Notes under the pieces: generated by a model
Seen by the model: the letters and a program-made list of their open reading frames with translations, nothing else
Database searches by the model: none
What the model was told of the DNA's origin: nothing
Virus record (IMG/VR): IMGVR_UViG_3300012943_000015
Location: 1-46,122 of that record
Origin: a virus
Taxonomy: Duplodnaviria; Caudoviricetes
DNA length: 46,122 bases
Reading direction: 5' to 3' (one strand)
Position numbers and translations under genes: made by a program
Shown here: positions 44,010 to 46,122 of the stretch, in pieces
Position numbering within the stretch: the stretch's first letter is position 1
How the letters are laid out: every line of letters starts with the position of its first letter

Positions 44010-45404
44010 GTGGCAGTCGCCCTGCGCTCCTCATCCGTCAGCGGAACAGCGGACACCAACGGCACCTCGTGTGTGGTGCCGGTGCCCACGGGCGCGCAGA
44101 TAGGTGACATCGCCCTGTTGGCGATGGAGCACTGGGACACGTTCGACGGAACGGGCATCACATTCCCGACAGGCTTCACGGTCGTCATCAACGGTCAGCT
44201 GTCGGGTAACCGCGAGAAACTGTTTGTGGCGTGGAAGCGGCTGACCGCCGCCGACACCGGCAACTACACGATCACGTGGACCGGCAGCCAGTGGAACATG
44301 GGCCACTGCCTGATGGTGTCGGGCGGCCTGTCGAGTGGTGATCCGGTCGACACGTCAAACGTGTCGAGCACCGCCAACACCACCACGTTGCCGAACATGA
44401 ACATCGTTCCGTCGGTGACGAACACGTTCCTTGCGCATTTCATCGCGAACCAAAGTTCGTCGCTGGGTACGCCGCCGACGAGTTTCACGGAGGCGCAGGA
44501 CGGCAACTATCTGAAGTCGAACTACCAGCTGCGTGCAGCGTCGGGCTTGTACACGGTGTCGGGTGGTAGCACGGCGTCGTCCAGTTTCAAGTCCGCTGCG
44601 GTGCTTGTCATCTTGCCGTCCGCTGGCGGCGGCCCCATTTCGCAGGCCATCAACACGGCGACGGAAACTGATGCCGGCCAGTCACTGGGCAGGAAGAAGA
44701 CGAAGGCGACCGCCTTCCCCAGCGAGTCGGACTCGGCTCTCACGTTTGCCCGCGGTAAGGCGCGGAGCGCCACGCTGGCGGCTGAAACAGATTCGGCCAT
44801 AGGGTTTGCCCGCTCGAAGCGTAAGACGCTTCAGGCGGCAACCGAGACCGATGTGGCACTACCTATCGGGCTGGTGTCGGGCAAGGCCGTGAACTTGGCC
44901 GCCGAAACCGACACGGCATTCCCGTTCACGAAGGCCAAGCGCAAGACGGTTGGCACCGCACTCGAGACCGATACCGCCCTGGTCATCAACTCGAATGTGG
45001 GGATCTCGGTTCCCATCGGTACCGCCCTCGAATCGGACAGCACGTTCGCCTTCGGGTTCGCGCGAGCTCGGATCGTGGGAACGGCGTTCGAGGTTGACCT
45101 GGCCGAGGCCATTGGTTTCCGCAATCCGGCGTGGCGGCTGGTGATGCCGCAGGTTGTTGAACGGTTCACCCTGCAAGGAGCACTCTCTACCAGCACCGTC
45201 CGCGAAGCGACGGTGTTCGGCGATGAGAATGGGCTGTTCACGGCTGAGCGTGGCTCACCTTCGCCGGGCACCGATGAGTACGGCGCTATCCCTTTCGGCA
45301 CCAAGTACATTTGGTATGGCGGGCACGTGAACATTACCGATGATCCCGCGGTCAAAAACCTGTGGCTGTCCCACGGATTTGAGGTAGAGAATGTCCAGCT
45401 CTAG
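44010..45404 (+). CDS. Surface/fibre-like structural protein with A.ETD.A repeats
   Basis: N-terminal beta domain (PTG.Q.GD, AWKRLTAAD) followed by about 8 repeats of A-x-E-T/S-D-x-A. Confidence 0.7.
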   Translation: MAVALRSSSVSGTADTNGTSCVVPVPTGAQIGDIALLAMEHWDTFDGTGITFPTGFTVVINGQLSGNREKLFVAWKRLTAADTGNYTITWTGSQWNMGHCLMVSGGLSSGDPVDTSNVSSTANTTTLPNMNIVPSVTNTFLAHFIANQSSSLGTPPTSFTEAQDGNYLKSNYQLRAASGLYTVSGGSTASSSFKSAAVLVILPSAGGGPISQAINTATETDAGQSLGRKKTKATAFPSESDSALTFARGKARSATLAAETDSAIGFARSKRKTLQAATETDVALPIGLVSGKAVNLAAETDTAFPFTKAKRKTVGTALETDTALVINSNVGISVPIGTALESDSTFAFGFARARIVGTAFEVDLAEAIGFRNPAWRLVMPQVVERFTLQGALSTSTVREATVFGDENGLFTAERGSPSPGTDEYGAIPFGTKYIWYGGHVNITDDPAVKNLWLSHGFEVENVQL

Positions 45405-45714
45405 CCTTCGCGGCGCCGACGGGCGCCTCGACCTCTCCCTGGCGCTCGCGCCCTACATTCTTGCGGAGCTGAAGGAGCTGGAAGCGAAGAAGAGCAAGTG
45501 TCGTAGCGGCTGCCCCACACCCGGCGCCCACCAAAGCTGGGGCGCCTGCATGCGCGCCGCCAATGTCTCGACCATGGTTGGCGATGGCGTGCAGATCAAC
45601 CGGCAGGGCGAGAAGGATCTCGCCGCATACGCCAGCCTGCGCAGGCAGGGCTTGCAGCCCCAGTCGGTTAGGCGTCCGTTCGTGGAGGCCACCAAGAAGG
45701 CGGCTGGTGCCTAG
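45391..45714 (+). CDS. Hypothetical protein (CRSGCPT..H.SWG.C motif)
   Basis: Cys/His motif and AY...R.QGLQP; start uncertain. Confidence 0.6.
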   Translation: MSSSSLRGADGRLDLSLALAPYILAELKELEAKKSKCRSGCPTPGAHQSWGACMRAANVSTMVGDGVQINRQGEKDLAAYASLRRQGLQPQSVRRPFVEATKKAAGA

Positions 45715-46122
45715 TGACCACGCTATCGGATCTGGTCGAGTCGGTTATCGCCGACTTGAACCAGTTCACCACAAACCAGGAGAGGACCGGCACGTTCACC
45801 GGCTGGCAGGTGGACGGTTCCATGAACAAGGTTGGCATCAACCTGTCGGACATTTCCTCCGACCTCACGAACGCTCGGGTCGAGCTCGCGTCGGGCGAGA
45901 TCGTGCATGTGTCCAGCTATTCGGTGACGGACGAAACCACCATCTGCCCGGCGTGGTGCCGGGCGCAGATGGGCAGCCCCGCGAATGACACGGTGACGCC
46001 TGGCACGCGGGTTGTGGTGAACCCGCAGTGGCCCCGCTATCAGGTGGCCCGCCGAATCGTCGAGGGCATCAACGCCATCAACCAGGATCTGTTCGCGGTC
46101 GCCGAAACCGAACTGACCACGC
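45714..46122 (+). CDS. Tail tubular protein A-like, 5' part (continues at 124-620)
   Basis: TAGTG-coupled GTG; open to the window end and in frame with ORF 15-620. Confidence 0.7.
   Translation, partial: MTTLSDLVESVIADLNQFTTNQERTGTFTGWQVDGSMNKVGINLSDISSDLTNARVELASGEIVHVSSYSVTDETTICPAWCRAQMGSPANDTVTPGTRVVVNPQWPRYQVARRIVEGINAINQDLFAVAETELTT
46000..46122. repeat. Terminal direct repeat copy 2
   Basis: Identical to 1-123. Confidence 0.95.

Noticed and set aside
1-46122. Alternative genetic code
   Set aside because: Core genes are intact under code 11 and all three stop codons terminate coupled genes

Overview
This window appears to be a complete, circularly permuted genome (about 46.0 kb) of a GC-rich tailed phage. 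Bases 1-123 are identical to 46000-46122, and one CDS runs across that junction. A WhiB-like gene, a repressor resembling the mycobacteriophage cluster A type and a split primase point to an actinobacterial host. The virion module (27.1 kb to the end, continuing 1-5.2 kb) is podovirus-like: terminase, portal, very large internal virion proteins, scaffold, N4-gp56-like major capsid, tail tubular A/B-like proteins and a fibre. No tape measure, tail tube or sheath gene was recognised. A tyrosine recombinase and a divergent repressor (6.1-7.8 kb) suggest a temperate lifestyle. The replication block (12.5-21.1 kb) holds a RecB/Cas4-like nuclease, a DnaB-like helicase, endonuclease VII, a split primase, a SLOG protein and an RNase H-fold exonuclease, but no DNA or RNA polymerase was recognised. 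It also carries an amidase endolysin followed directly by an Acb2-like anti-CBASS sponge. The most notable unannotated signals are: a 13-bp motif (ATCAAGYATGACC) repeated about 10 times in intergenic control regions; a promoter-preceded array of seven hairpins (9015-9232) plus two other structured non-coding blocks; a protein with five C3H zinc fingers and an HTH, next to a tandem paralogue; duplicated small secreted CPxEDSC peptides; and a G-quadruplex-type tract upstream of the terminase. All family assignments come from motif recognition by eye, not from database searches.
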